Shown here: positions 49,021 to 59,423 of the stretch, in pieces
Layout of the letters: each line of letters starts with the position of its first letter
Numbering within the stretch: the first letter of the stretch is position 1
Source: Bacteroidia bacterium
GTDB lineage: Bacteria > Bacteroidota > Bacteroidia > AKYH767-A > 2013-40CM-41-45
Reading direction: 5' to 3'
NCBI GenBank assembly: GCA_046330055.1
Contig: JAXLTM010000008.1
Coordinates: forward strand, 12,182 to 76,181
DNA length: 64,000 bases
Made by a program: the position numbers and the translations under genes
The notes under the pieces: model-generated
Told to the model about the DNA's origin: nothing
What the model saw: the letters and a program-made list of their open reading frames with translations, nothing else
The model's database searches: none

Positions 49021-50533
49021 ATGAAAAGATTCTTTTCGCTCACTTTTCTCGCCTCGTTTTAACAATGACACAGGCACAAGACTATCAACTTTTCATCAGC
49101 AATCGCGCTTATGAATTTGAATTCTCTTTCGGAGGACAAAACCATTTTGCACGCTTTCGCTCTGTGCCGCCGACAGTAACGGCTAATGACAGCATCTTTC
49201 ACAACTACCCTTGCGGAAATGACGATAATCTTTTGGTCCACCGGCGAATGGACAGGAATATTTTTCCGATACAGCATGGAGCGGATATCAGATTGTTGTT
49301 TCACCCAATGGCGACAATCTGCTTCTCAACCGATTCTCAGATACACTTCTATTTAAAACCTTTGCACAACCGGGCGACAACTGGACATTCTATCAATTCA
49401 CAAATGGCGATTATTTTCTTGCAAGCCTCGACTCTGTAAAGCTTGATTCAGTTATGGGGTTGACTGATTCAATTAAGTACATCTCTATTGCCCGCTTCGA
49501 TCAAATCGGAAATCCCGTTTTCGATTCGCTTAATCAGTTTACGTTTGCAGTCAGCAAAACATATGGCCTGGCAAAAACGGTTAACATCAAACACTTTCCG
49601 CTTTCCACAACCATTTACCAATTAAGAGGTATTGAGTCTTTAGCCGGAGAGCAACGGATGACTCCGGGAACAATTTTCAATTATGACCCCGGCGACGTTT
49701 TTCATTACACCTATTTCGAGCGCACTTCACTTGATCTGTATACCACAAAACTGGAAAAAAGAAGAGTGCTCAGCCGAACGGTTCAATCCAACTCTATTGA
49801 CTACACTATTGAAGACTCACTCTACGTCAGCATTTACAATTCCGCTACAACAACAACAAGTGATACAATGATTGTTGACACTATCCTTGAAACCGTCAAT
49901 ACAGGATTATATGATTTTGATTCTCTGTGCAGCAAAGAGCCGTACTTTGCATCAATGTTTTCAATCACTCCATACAATTACATGACGTCGTGGCACAGAG
50001 GCGTGAATGACAGAAGAGCGATTTACACCGTCCCATGTCTGGAATCATTCGGTGTTACACCACCATTTAATATCATGCGTTCGATTGCCGGATGTACAAG
50101 TTCCGGTTATGCTTTCCCAAACAGTGAAAATGTTTTTGTTGAAGGATTGGGCTTATTTCACGAAGACTCATCGTTAGATTCAGCCTCATCTGTTTATTCC
50201 AGTGAGAAAGACCTCGTGTATTATCAGAAAGGCAGTGAGAGCTATGGTACACCACTGGCATTTCCTCTCATCAATAACATTCGCACCCCGGAAACCGACA
50301 ACATCACCCTCTACCCCAATCCTGCCCGCGATATCATCACCATAAGCGGTCTGGCCGGCACAGAAGAACTAACACTCTACACCCCACTGTTGCAAAAGAC
50401 TTCAATCTCCACCAGAGCCACAGAAAAGAAGATCCAACTTCAGGTATCCACTCTGCCTCCGGGAATGTATTTGCTTTCGATCTCTTCCTCAAGCTATCAG
50501 TGGTGGAAGAGAATTGTAGTTTCAAGGCAGTAG
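49021..50533 (+). pseudogene. T9SS-sorted secreted protein, 5' third frameshifted
   Basis: MKRFFSLTFLASF starts at 49021, followed by at least 3 frame changes before the intact 49454-50533 ORF. The C-terminal T9SS type A domain is ITLYPNPARDIITI...LPPGMYLLSI. Confidence 0.65.
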
Positions 50534-50548
50534 GTGATGGGAAAGAAT

Positions 50549-50582
50549 AATTCAGAATTCAGAATTCAGAATTCAGAATTTA
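50549..50582. repeat. (AATTCAG)x4 array
   Basis: Read directly. Confidence 0.9.
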
Positions 50583-50618
50583 TTTTTTAAATCTCTTGCG
50601 CAGTCAAATAACTGCATA

Positions 50619-50626
50619 TATATTTG
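50619..50626 (+). promoter_or_regulatory. Candidate -7 box TATATTTG overlapped by an inverted repeat (CTGCA-8 nt-TGCAG)
   Basis: Exact TAnnTTTG match 20 nt before the ArsR-family ATG. The inverted repeat is at 50612-50629, and the direct repeat ATAACTGC is at 50608 and 50634. Confidence 0.45.
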
Positions 50627-50646
50627 CAGCCATATAACTGCGTATT

Positions 50647-50979
50647 ATGGAAACAAGAAGAGACGTGTTTCAGGCCATTGCTGATCCTACGCGACGGGCG
50701 ATATTGACGTTAGTGGCCTTACAGGCTATGACGCCGGGAGCTATTGCGGAGAACTTTGAATCATCGCGCCAAACGATTTCTAAACACATTCAGATACTCA
50801 CTGAATGTCAGCTGCTCAAGCAGGAACAGTCTGGCAGAGAAATCCTTTACCATTTCAACCCCAAAAAAATGAAAGAAGTAAACGACTGGATTCAACCGTT
50901 CCGTGCTATGTGGGAAGACCGATTTGACCGCATGGATAAAGTGCTTGAGCAGATGAAAAAGAATAGAAAACAATCTTAA
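50647..50979 (+). CDS. ArsR/SmtB-family transcriptional regulator
   Basis: 110 aa with a winged HTH ([16 protein letters not shown]...ISKHIQIL). Confidence 0.8.
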   Translation: METRRDVFQAIADPTRRAILTLVALQAMTPGAIAENFESSRQTISKHIQILTECQLLKQEQSGREILYHFNPKKMKEVNDWIQPFRAMWEDRFDRMDKVLEQMKKNRKQS

Positions 50980-50991
50980 AATTCAGAAGAA

Positions 50992-51477
50992 ATGAAAACT
51001 CAAATTATTGCCGAACCCGGCCAACAAGAACTATTTATCATTCGCGAATTTGATGCTCCACGAGATTTGGTTTACCGGGCATTCTCGGAAACAGAGTTGA
51101 TCCGGGAATGGATGGGGCCAAAAGATCTAACATGTGAGATAGAATTTCTCGACAACCGCTCTCATGGTTCCTGGAGGTTTATTCACACTGCTCCCGATGG
51201 AAATAAGTACGCATTCAACGGCGTCATTCATGAAGTGTGCCCTCCGGAGCGCATTATCCGAACTTTTGAATTTGAAGGAATGCCGGAAAGAGGTCATGTT
51301 TCGCTGGAGTTTCTTACATTGGAGAGTTTACCGAATGACAGAACAAAAACTGTCATTCATGTCATATACAAATCAGTTATGGATCGCGACGGTCATGTGA
51401 TGTCGGGCATGGAGAGAGGCGTTACAGAAGGGCATGAGCGCCTGGATCAACTTTTATTGAATTTAAAATCGAATTAA
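50992..51477 (+). CDS. SRPBCC / AHSA1-domain protein
   Basis: 161 aa, with the common ArsR-AHSA1 gene pairing (RDLVYRAFSETELIREWMGP). Confidence 0.7.
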   Translation: MKTQIIAEPGQQELFIIREFDAPRDLVYRAFSETELIREWMGPKDLTCEIEFLDNRSHGSWRFIHTAPDGNKYAFNGVIHEVCPPERIIRTFEFEGMPERGHVSLEFLTLESLPNDRTKTVIHVIYKSVMDRDGHVMSGMERGVTEGHERLDQLLLNLKSN

Positions 51478-51493
51478 TCCTAAACTACTTTTC

Positions 51494-51925
51494 GTGGAAA
51501 CAAAAGGAAATAATTTGTTCAATGGCATTTCCGAGCCGGAACTGGTGGATGAGTATATGGAAAAACTGAAACACCCCTTGAAAGAGGTTGTAGAGTATGT
51601 GCGTGCATTCATTTTATCAGTCGATAAAAAAATCGGCGAAGGAATTTATTGGAATGCGCCTTCGTTTTACTACATCGGAAAAATGAAGCCATTTGCACCT
51701 AAGGAATACAAGAGATACATAATTGGCTTTGTATTGAATCGCAAGGACATGATCAGAATGGTTTTTCTGACCGGGGCAAAAGTAGACGATCAAACCGGAA
51801 TTCTGGAAGGCGATTACAAAGACGGAAGAAGGCTTATCACTTTCAAAACGATTGATGAATTTAAAACGAAAGAAAAGAAATTGAAAAAGGCGATTAAGGA
51901 TTGGATCAAATTAATAGATAAATAA
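51494..51925 (+). CDS. DUF1801 (YdhG-like) domain protein
   Basis: 143 aa, GTG start, with the motif GIYWNAPSFYY. Confidence 0.55.
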   Translation: METKGNNLFNGISEPELVDEYMEKLKHPLKEVVEYVRAFILSVDKKIGEGIYWNAPSFYYIGKMKPFAPKEYKRYIIGFVLNRKDMIRMVFLTGAKVDDQTGILEGDYKDGRRLITFKTIDEFKTKEKKLKKAIKDWIKLIDK

Positions 51926-52346
51926 TGGGAACAATTAAAATTGAGCGACTCTTTGATGCGCCGGTTGAATACGTGTGGAAAGCACTAACAGAATATGAAT
52001 TGATGAAACAATGGTATTTTGATCTGCCCGATTTCAAAGCAGTCAAAGGTCATGAATTCAGATTCTACGGTGGTCCAAGCCCGGAAAGGCAGTACCTGCA
52101 TGTTTGCACCGTTCTCGATGTCATCGAAAATAAAAAGCTTAGTTACAGCTGGAGATACGAAGGCTATGCAGGTAATTCTGTTGTCACTTTTGAACTCGAA
52201 GCGAAAGGGAAAACACATTGCTTAGATTCTCTCATAGCGGTTTAGAATCCTTCCCGGCCGACAATGCAGATCTCGCTTCTTCGAATTTCGAAATCGGATG
52301 GAATCATATCATCAATACTGCTCTGCTCAACTTCATCAACAAATAA
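51925..52346 (+). pseudogene. Second SRPBCC/AHSA1-domain gene with one frameshift near 52205-52220
   Basis: ORF 51925-52245, then continuation in the +1 frame (..LRFSHSGLESFPADNADLASSNFEIGWNHIINTALLNFINK) to the TAA at 52344-52346. Confidence 0.6.
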
Positions 52347-52347
52347 T

Positions 52348-52563
52348 ATGAGTGAAGTTGAAATTTTCAAAACCAACGTCAGTGCCTCGCATCAAGCCGA
52401 AGAAATCTTAGGAACGTTGCACTTCAACTTCCCTACCCTTCAATTCAACTTCGATCTCGACGATACTGATAAAATCCTCCGCGCCGAAGGCCCGAACATC
52501 GAACCGGCTACAATTATTTCGTTCGTACAAAATCTTCAATTCGACTGTGAACACATTATGTGA
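52348..52563 (+). CDS. Hypothetical 71-aa protein
   Basis: MSEVEIFKTNVSASHQAEEILGTLHFNFPTLQFNFDLDDTDKILRAEG... The start is 1 nt after the preceding stop. Confidence 0.5.
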   Translation: MSEVEIFKTNVSASHQAEEILGTLHFNFPTLQFNFDLDDTDKILRAEGPNIEPATIISFVQNLQFDCEHIM

Positions 52564-52588
52564 TACTCTGAACAAATTGAAGCATTGT

Positions 52589-52760
52589 TTCAGCGGGTGG
52601 CATTTCATTTTTTTTACCACAAGTGCACAAGGAACACAGAGAGGCACAAGGAATTCAGAATTATGAATTCAGAATTCAGAATTTAAACATATCTGCCTCT
52701 CTTCGTGAATCTCAGTGCTCTTTTGTGGCCTTTGTGGTAAAAAAAGATTCCTTGTAATGA
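52589..52760. repeat. Palindromic composite element family A, copy 1
   Basis: TTTTTTACCACAAGTGCACAAGGAACACAGAG, then a central (GAATTCA)n, then CTCAGTGC..CTTTGTGGTAAAAAAAGATTCCTTGTAAT. The outer blocks are mutually complementary. Confidence 0.85.
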
Positions 52761-52827
52761 GTCTCCACTTTTTTAAACAACCAACTAATTTAAACATCAT
52801 CCAAAGGCCCGTACAAAATGCAATCGC

Positions 52828-54230
52828 TTAGAGGATGATCAATTTCACAAGCCGACCAGTTAAAATGAATGCTGACCTGATAAATTCTTTTGGAAGATTC
52901 TTTGTACTTATTTCGTATTGAAGTATGATGAAGTTTCTGAACTGGAAATCATCCTGCCTTCCATATCGGTTATATCAACCCTTCCCTGCTCAGCCCGACA
53001 TGATTGTACTGATTGAAACACTTCCCGGTAGACGGGTTCGGGAAAATTTTAAAAGAAAACTGCGCTGATCAGATTCCGAAATACTTTGACCGAACACCAT
53101 GATGTTAAATCAGGCCCCAATTGAAAATTCGGATGATTCGGAATACTGTGATAATAAATTCTTGTAGTTACATACCGTTGTTGAAAATGACAACTGACTC
53201 CGGGTAAATCCGAAATTCAATCCGATGAAAGGAATGCGTACTGCTTCGTCGTCATGTATATTTTTCCGTCACGAGCTAAGGCCATATAGAAAATTGAGTA
53301 GACAACCAACTATCTTCAAAAGCTCCATCCCAAATGCCTATCAAGGTTTTCGACTGAGACAAATTTGCCACCTGAGTGTCGTACTGGTAAATATAATTTG
53401 TATTTGAGAGATATAATACTGGAATTAGAGAAAAGCAATTCCGTAAGCACCAATTATTGTATCTACGTAAGGAACATATCTTGCAGAACTGAATGCCCGG
53501 TGCACCGATCGAAGTCAAATAGCTGCAAGCCAACTATATCGAAACTGACATACTGATGTCCATCAGAGAAAAACAAGAGTAACCAAGAACGCTCGTATTT
53601 CCAATCTGTTGTCTGCTTACTAACTGAATCCTGAATCAGAAATGAGAAAACGGTTCGCTTTGGTCCATGTTGTTCAGCAATTACCAGCCACCAGTCATGG
53701 CCGTTGCCATGCTACACGCGGATAATTGTCCCGGCTGAATTGAATCATTGAAGACAGAAACATTTTTAATTGTTACGGCCCCAAGACCGAATTCAAACGC
53801 ATATCCACTTTTGCAAAAGTTAAACGCACGATGCACTGCCTGTCCACTCACTCGGATTGTAAAAAACATAGTATTGATTTGTATTCCGTGATCGGGAATA
53901 ATAATGGATTCCTGAGGTATAGCTTCCGTCATTTGAAGGATCACAACCATCGAGACAAATTAAACTATCACCATTTTGCATAATATGATTGGAAGAATCA
54001 CCAATCTTTGCTCCATTGATTGCAAAAAAACCTTCCATCCGGCGACGAAATGGAAGTGGCACATCCTGCAAAATAAATTCTGTCGATTGAAGCAGTATCC
54101 GGCGTTGAATACAAAATCCATGTTTGATCCGCCATACCTCGGTACCGAATAATTACTGTAACTCATTACCCAATGGTTTTCAAATTGCCCAAATACAGGA
54201 ACTGAGTCAGAAGAAATAAACAAGTACAAG
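52828..54230 (-). pseudogene. Heavily decayed T9SS-cargo gene remnant
   Basis: Only short minus-strand ORF fragments remain. A CTD-like end (..LPKEFIRSAFILTGRLVKLIIL*) stops at 52828-52830. The upstream boundary is approximate. Confidence 0.35.
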
Positions 54231-54235
54231 ATTTC

Positions 54236-55680
54236 TCATTGAATCACCAGAAATTTATGAATATAATTTCCCGCTTCATCTTCAATCAATATTAAATACA
54301 AACCATTTGTTTAAATGACAATTCCTGAGTCATTGAAAATGTCGACTTATTAAACGAGTAAGTGTTTTCCACGCGACCATTCAGGTCAATAGTAGTGACT
54401 GATACTTTTCCGTAGTGCGGAGAATTAATGGTCGTAGGCATTTCAAAATGATTTCAACACTAATAAAAACATTGCCGGAATTTTCGATAGCATTGGTAGT
54501 AAAAATATCGTATCGTCTGTTGTTGCAATACAAGGATAGTAACCCGAATAAAGTATATCTGAAAATATATATTGCATAGTGAGAGTAAATGGAAAGCGCC
54601 AACGGTTGAATACGAATTGTAGGCGATGGGACCTATACTCTGAAAAGGAACTTCGGAAATGTCCAGCGCCAACTTAACTCTTTCGGGAAATGTCCGGTTT
54701 GAAAAGTAATTTGTTGATTTAAATAAGCCGGATCCGTATGATAAAATGAGGGAGTGTCGGATTGTCCAATTCCGAATGAATAGAATCCATTCCATTGGCA
54801 TTGTAAACAACCATATCGACTGTTTGAGAAGCTTTGGAACTGTAAGTATAGTAAGGACTGAATTCAGAAACGGTTCCACCGGAAAATACCAACGTACTGA
54901 ATCAGGAGCGCCAATGAGGTATTCAGAAAATGACTGTTAAGCCATCGCAATAAGTATAACTTTAAAGGAAGCCTGAGGCGGATCGGGCGTGTGACTGTTT
55001 ACGATTACGGAATAATCTTCCATATCATTTACATGATACCAATCCTGACCCGATTAAAAAATGGGACGTTCCGATAGTAGTGCAAACTACTCTTAATCTT
55101 AATGGCACCCTGAAGAGACTATCTTTGACATGAGGAACAACTATCCGAAACGAATGGTTTGTTAACGCACTGCTCTCACCAACAATTTCTTCCTCTGAAA
55201 TCGCCCATCGGCATTTGCATCCAGAAAAACAGTTATGTATTCCTTATCTAAGGTATCGTTAGAAGCCTGATAAACTGACCTTCATTCAGGATTACCTGAT
55301 CGCTGCGCGTAGTCATCAACTACACAATCTCCGTAAGCCGTTCCGGAGGATTTATTATACCATTCAATTGGAGTTAAAAATAATTCCCCAAAGTATTACA
55401 ATGCGTTTTATAATTGAACACAGGATGAGTTATGATTGATATCTGTACAGTATCAGTAAAGGAATCAACAGGAAGGCCCCAGAATTGAGGTAACGATAAT
55501 ATTTAATAAAGTAAGTTCCGGAATTGAGGTATTGATGAATCATATATGTAGAAAGCCTCCCCCATCACCGAAATTCGCCTTCTTCTCATAGAATCCGGTT
55601 GTTGTGTCATTGATGATTACGTAATCCTTTAAACTCAAAAACGGATTATTGAATGCAATAGCCTTCCCGTGGTGAAACAT
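54236..55680 (-). pseudogene. Heavily decayed T9SS-cargo gene remnant
   Basis: A CTD end is readable (..IDLNGRVENTYSF.. / ..GLYLILIEDEAGNYIHKFLVIQ*) with its stop at 54236-54238. The upstream coding sequence is fragmented over all frames, and the 5' boundary is approximate. Confidence 0.4.
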
Positions 55681-55935
55681 ATCATCACAATGAAAACAAA
55701 TCTTATAAATACATTATTGCGCATTCCCGGAAGATGGTATGGGTATTGAATTCGAATTTGAATTGAAATCGAAATCTGAAATTTTACATTTATGCAATAT
55801 ATTTAGATTTTCTCAGAAAGCCAGCTTTTCCTTGATCCATGCATTATTGTGATCTTGCAGCAAAAAGAGTGAAATTTAATCAGTCAGGGCTTTATTCAAT
55901 ATGATTGTGAGTGCTTTAACACAGCGTAGATTTAT

Positions 55936-56117
55936 TTCAGTGGGCGTACATTTTCTTTTTTTACCACAAGTGCACAAGGAACACAGAGGGAATTCTGAAT
56001 TATATTTCAGAAATTCTGAATTCAGAATTCAGAATTCAGAATTTTAAGCATATCCAACTTTTCGGAACCTCTGTGCAACTCGTGCCCTTGTGGTAAAAAA
56101 GAATTCCTTGTAATTAG
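55936..56117. repeat. Palindromic composite element family A, copy 2
   Basis: Same terminal blocks and orientation as 52589-52760, with a longer central (GAATTCW)n. Confidence 0.85.
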
Positions 56118-56291
56118 CTTCCCAAAACCCAAACAGTACCCGAAAAAATAAAACAACAACCCCACGACCTCTCGCCCCAGCAATAGTGACCTCTCGGTGG
56201 CCAATCTCTTTGTCAAATCAACTAAGCTCTTTTAAGAATTCAGAATTCAGAATTTCTTTGGCTTTGCCTTCTGACCTTTAACTTACTTATG

Positions 56292-56360
56292 TAGCCCGTG
56301 CGGAATCGAACCCGCGTTTCCTCCGTGAAAGGGATGTCCTAACCCCTAGACGAACGGGCC
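56292..56360 (-). tRNA. tRNA-Glu(UUC)-like sequence, apparently degenerate (69 nt)
   Basis: - The reverse complement reads GGCCCGT TC GTCT AGGGGTTA GGAC A TCC CTTTCAC GGAGG AAAC GCGGG TTCGATT CCGC ACGGGCT A.
- The acceptor stem, D arm, CTTTCAC loop and T loop fit tRNA-Glu.
- The 5' strand of the anticodon stem is 2 nt short, and the T stem lacks one C.
- No CCA is encoded. Confidence 0.5.
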
Positions 56361-56498
56361 ATCTTTTGGGGACGGCAAGGTAGTGTTTTTGATTAAAAAA
56401 CCAACTTTGTTGAGAAAAATATGCGTTTTGTTAGGGATTGAAAAAGAGGAGATTGTGCGGAAAAACTCGTTTCTTTCGCCCTTCCGCCACCTCGCCTG

Positions 56499-58164
56499 CT
56501 ATTGCTTTAGCAATCGCTTCCATAATTGACCGGAATCCCCGGTGACTTCCACGGTATAAAGTCCCGAATCCAGCCCTGAGCCCCTAACTGAATCTGACCG
56601 GCATTCTCTACTCTTTCCTGCATCACCACTCGACCGGTGGCATCATACACTTTCAACATCGACCCGGTAAATGCTTCCGGCAAACGAACCGTGAATTGTT
56701 GTGAAACCGGATTCGGATATAAAGTGAGCTCCTTCGAACCAATCTCAGGAACTTTGTTGATCTGCGGTACTACAATGAACTGCCCCATCATACCGTCGTC
56801 TTCGTGCATGAGGATATGACAATGGTACATGTATGACATCATGGAATCAGCATAGTCTTCAAACTTGGTGATGAATCGCACGGTTTGCTGCGGACCAACC
56901 ATGACAACATCTTTCGGCCCCGCTTCCTGAGGTGGAGCAGTTACTCCATCACGATCGAGTACATAGAATTGTACATCGTGAATATGGAATGGATGTGCTA
57001 CCATCGTTACGTTGGAGATCGTCCACACTTCAATGTTGTCGAGCGGAATCGTATAATCAATACGATTCATGTCAAATAAATTTCCGTTGAAATAAAAGGG
57101 CCCGTCCATCGACATCATATTCTGCGCTGTAATCGTAATTGCTCTCGACATCATCGATTGCGATTCCAACCAAGGTGTATTGATGGCAAGTGTTGTCGGG
57201 ATAGTCATCACCGGATTCACAGTCGGAACGGTAACATTGAATTGAAGAATATTGAAGTCGATACCGTTGATCGGAGAATACATTGCTGTATCCATTCCCG
57301 GCATCGGTGTTCCGCCCTGAATTCCGAAACCGAATTCGCTGGCGTAACTCATCAGATAAAGTGTCTGACCAATCTCAGCCGAAAAATCAACCAACACCTC
57401 CGCTCTTTCGCCCGGTGATAAACGGATGCGTGTTACCTGCACCGGTGCATTGAGCAAACCACCATCGTTACCGATGACATAAAATGTTTTATTGCCGGTT
57501 AATCCGAAATTGTAATTTCTTTCCTGTGAGGCATTCAATAAACGCAGACGAACAACCTGCCCGGGAACATCAAGCGATGGATTCTCCACACCATTAACGA
57601 ACATTGTACTATCGTGCATTCCTCTCCAGAGAATCTGATTATCGGAATCAAATTGTTGTGACTGGACAACGATCGGAAAATCATCGATACCATATCTTCT
57701 CGGCAAATTCAACGTCGCTTCCTGAGAGTCGCGAACGATGATAAGTCCGGCTGCACCACGCATTGCCTGCTGTCCGGTTTTCATATGTGTATGCGGATGA
57801 TACCAGAATGTAGAAGCATTGTTTTTCACTTCAAACATCGGACTCCATGTATCGCCACTGAGAATGACCGTATGCGGACCACCATCTGCCATAGCCGGTA
57901 CATGCAAACCATGCCAGTGAACGGTAGTGGTATCCGGTAACGTGTTCGTGACATTCATCGTCATCATATCACCGCTGATAGAGCTTGATCGTCGGGCCCA
58001 GATAGGAATACTGATTGAAAGCGATTCGTATAAGTTTCGTCCCGGCAAAACTGAACACTGTCAGGATGCATGGTCAGATTAATAGTTGTCCCTGTCAGTG
58101 TATCAGGAATCGGAATCAGGTTTTGTGAATAACATTTGCCGGCAATAAGAGCTAATGCCAGCAT
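56499..58164 (-). pseudogene. Multicopper oxidase with a T9SS C-terminal domain, at least 3 frameshifts
   Basis: The core ORF 56507-58048 has the copper sites HWHG, HPHTH, HPFHIH and HCHILMHED. The N-terminal signal part (57964-58164) is in another frame. The CTD end (..LDSGLYTVEVTGDSGQLWKRLLKQ*) is in a third frame and stops at 56499-56501. Confidence 0.7.
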
Positions 58165-58228
58165 CAGAAGGAGATTCTCATGTGCGGTTTTTCTAACTAT
58201 AAGATTATATTATTGTGTTGAATGTTAA

Positions 58229-58268
58229 TTTTCAAATTCACAAAATCTAAGCGTTCAAAGTATAGATC
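58229..58268. repeat. Interspersed repeat family C, copy 1
   Basis: TTTTCAAATTCACAAAATCTAAGCGTTCAAAGTATAGATC matches 60357-60396 at 36 of 40 positions in the same orientation. Confidence 0.8.
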
Positions 58269-58282
58269 AACTGCCCTCCAAA

Positions 58283-59161
58283 TTAGTCCACGATCACCCG
58301 GAAAACACGGGCACCTTCGGAAGATTCAACTCTGAAGTAATAATTTCCTGCAGGGAGCGAACGAACATCAATCTGATTCACCATGCCCCTTTCAAGTTGC
58401 TTCGTAGCGCGTACCATTCGGGACAGGTTGTCATAAATCGTCAGCGAAAACTCACCGTTCTGAATGCTGGAAAGATCAATGCGAACTTCATCTTTTACAG
58501 GATTCGGATAAAGCATTAGGCTGCTTAATCCATTCACTTCTGAAATTCCGCTGGCAGTACCGGTGAATGCAAGATTATCGACATACAGATAATCATTTGC
58601 TGCGCCGCCGCTACTTCCGCTTGCTGACATGCTAATTAAGCAAGTATCAGGATTACCACCATCCGAATAAGTCAGAGGAATGGTAAAGGCCGTCCAGCTC
58701 ATTGCCATACCTGATAAATCGTAATAGGCAAAACCAACTACAACCTGCGACTGAGAAGTAGCATCCCAGCGTGTAAGCAACACGTTAATATATCCCTGAT
58801 CCGTACCAAAGATCATATGCTGAAAATTACCCGTAAGGTTTGCCGGGCGCTGGGAAAATGGAAAACCGGTAGTTGGAGTTCCTGATCCGCCTGCATCACT
58901 GCTGATGGCGATTCCCGGAACAATACCAAGTCCTGTAGCCGACAAAGTAGTAAGCTTCAGATACGAGCTTCCAGGACTACCGGGCGTTCCCTTGGTACAT
59001 GTGAAAACACTTAATGGTGCAGTTATATTATTCATTGTCCACCATGAATCAGGGTTGTTATATGTTCCCATATTTGTCCAGCTTTCAAATCCTCCATTCG
59101 GAATTTGTGCGAACAATGACAGACCAACAAATTGCAAGACTATGAGTAGAGAGTATTTCAT
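58283..59161 (-). CDS. T9SS-sorted secreted protein
   Basis: Start taken at MKYSLLIVLQFVGLSLFAQ (signal peptide). The C-terminal type A sorting domain is LMLYPNPVKDEVRI...LPAGNYYFRVES. Confidence 0.75.
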   Translation of the reverse strand: MKYSLLIVLQFVGLSLFAQIPNGGFESWTNMGTYNNPDSWWTMNNITAPLSVFTCTKGTPGSPGSSYLKLTTLSATGLGIVPGIAISSDAGGSGTPTTGFPFSQRPANLTGNFQHMIFGTDQGYINVLLTRWDATSQSQVVVGFAYYDLSGMAMSWTAFTIPLTYSDGGNPDTCLISMSASGSSGGAANDYLYVDNLAFTGTASGISEVNGLSSLMLYPNPVKDEVRIDLSSIQNGEFSLTIYDNLSRMVRATKQLERGMVNQIDVRSLPAGNYYFRVESSEGARVFRVIVD

Positions 59162-59262
59162 AGGTTTTAAGGTTTGAGTTAGTGAATATACTATTTTGAT
59201 CTCAGGCTTCCAAAGGTACGTATTTGCCACCGGTTGAAGTGTGACTAAAATCACTGAGCCCG

Positions 59263-59327
59263 GTTGCTTGGTTGCTTGGTTGCTTGGTTGCTTGGTTGCT
59301 TAGTTGCTTGGTTGCTTAGTTTCTTGG
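59263..59327. repeat. (GTTGCTTR)x8 octamer array
   Basis: Read directly. It is the complement of the (AAGCAACY) array at 24091-24162. Confidence 0.9.
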
Positions 59328-59355
59328 CAATTCAAATATAAGTCATTTAAGCACT

Positions 59356-59415
59356 CTGATCGCTGATCGCTGTTAACCGATTTCTAATCACTAATTACTA
59401 GTTACTAATTACTAC
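59356..59415. repeat. (CTGATCG)x2 followed by a (CTAATYA/CTAGTTA)x4 array
   Basis: Read directly. It ends 8 nt before the methyltransferase ATG. Confidence 0.85.
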
Positions 59416-59423
59416 CTTTCGCC

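Noticed and set aside
56292-56360. Reading the tRNA-like gene as tRNA-Val(CAC)
   Set aside because: That register gives a correct-length anticodon arm but leaves only a 2-nt variable loop. The D arm, the CTTTCAC loop and the AAAC variable loop all match tRNA-Glu.
52589-56360. Genomic island or prophage integrated at the tRNA-like gene
   Set aside because: There is no integrase, no phage or conjugation genes, and no duplicated tRNA 3' end. Only the bracketing palindromic elements are reported, as a finding.
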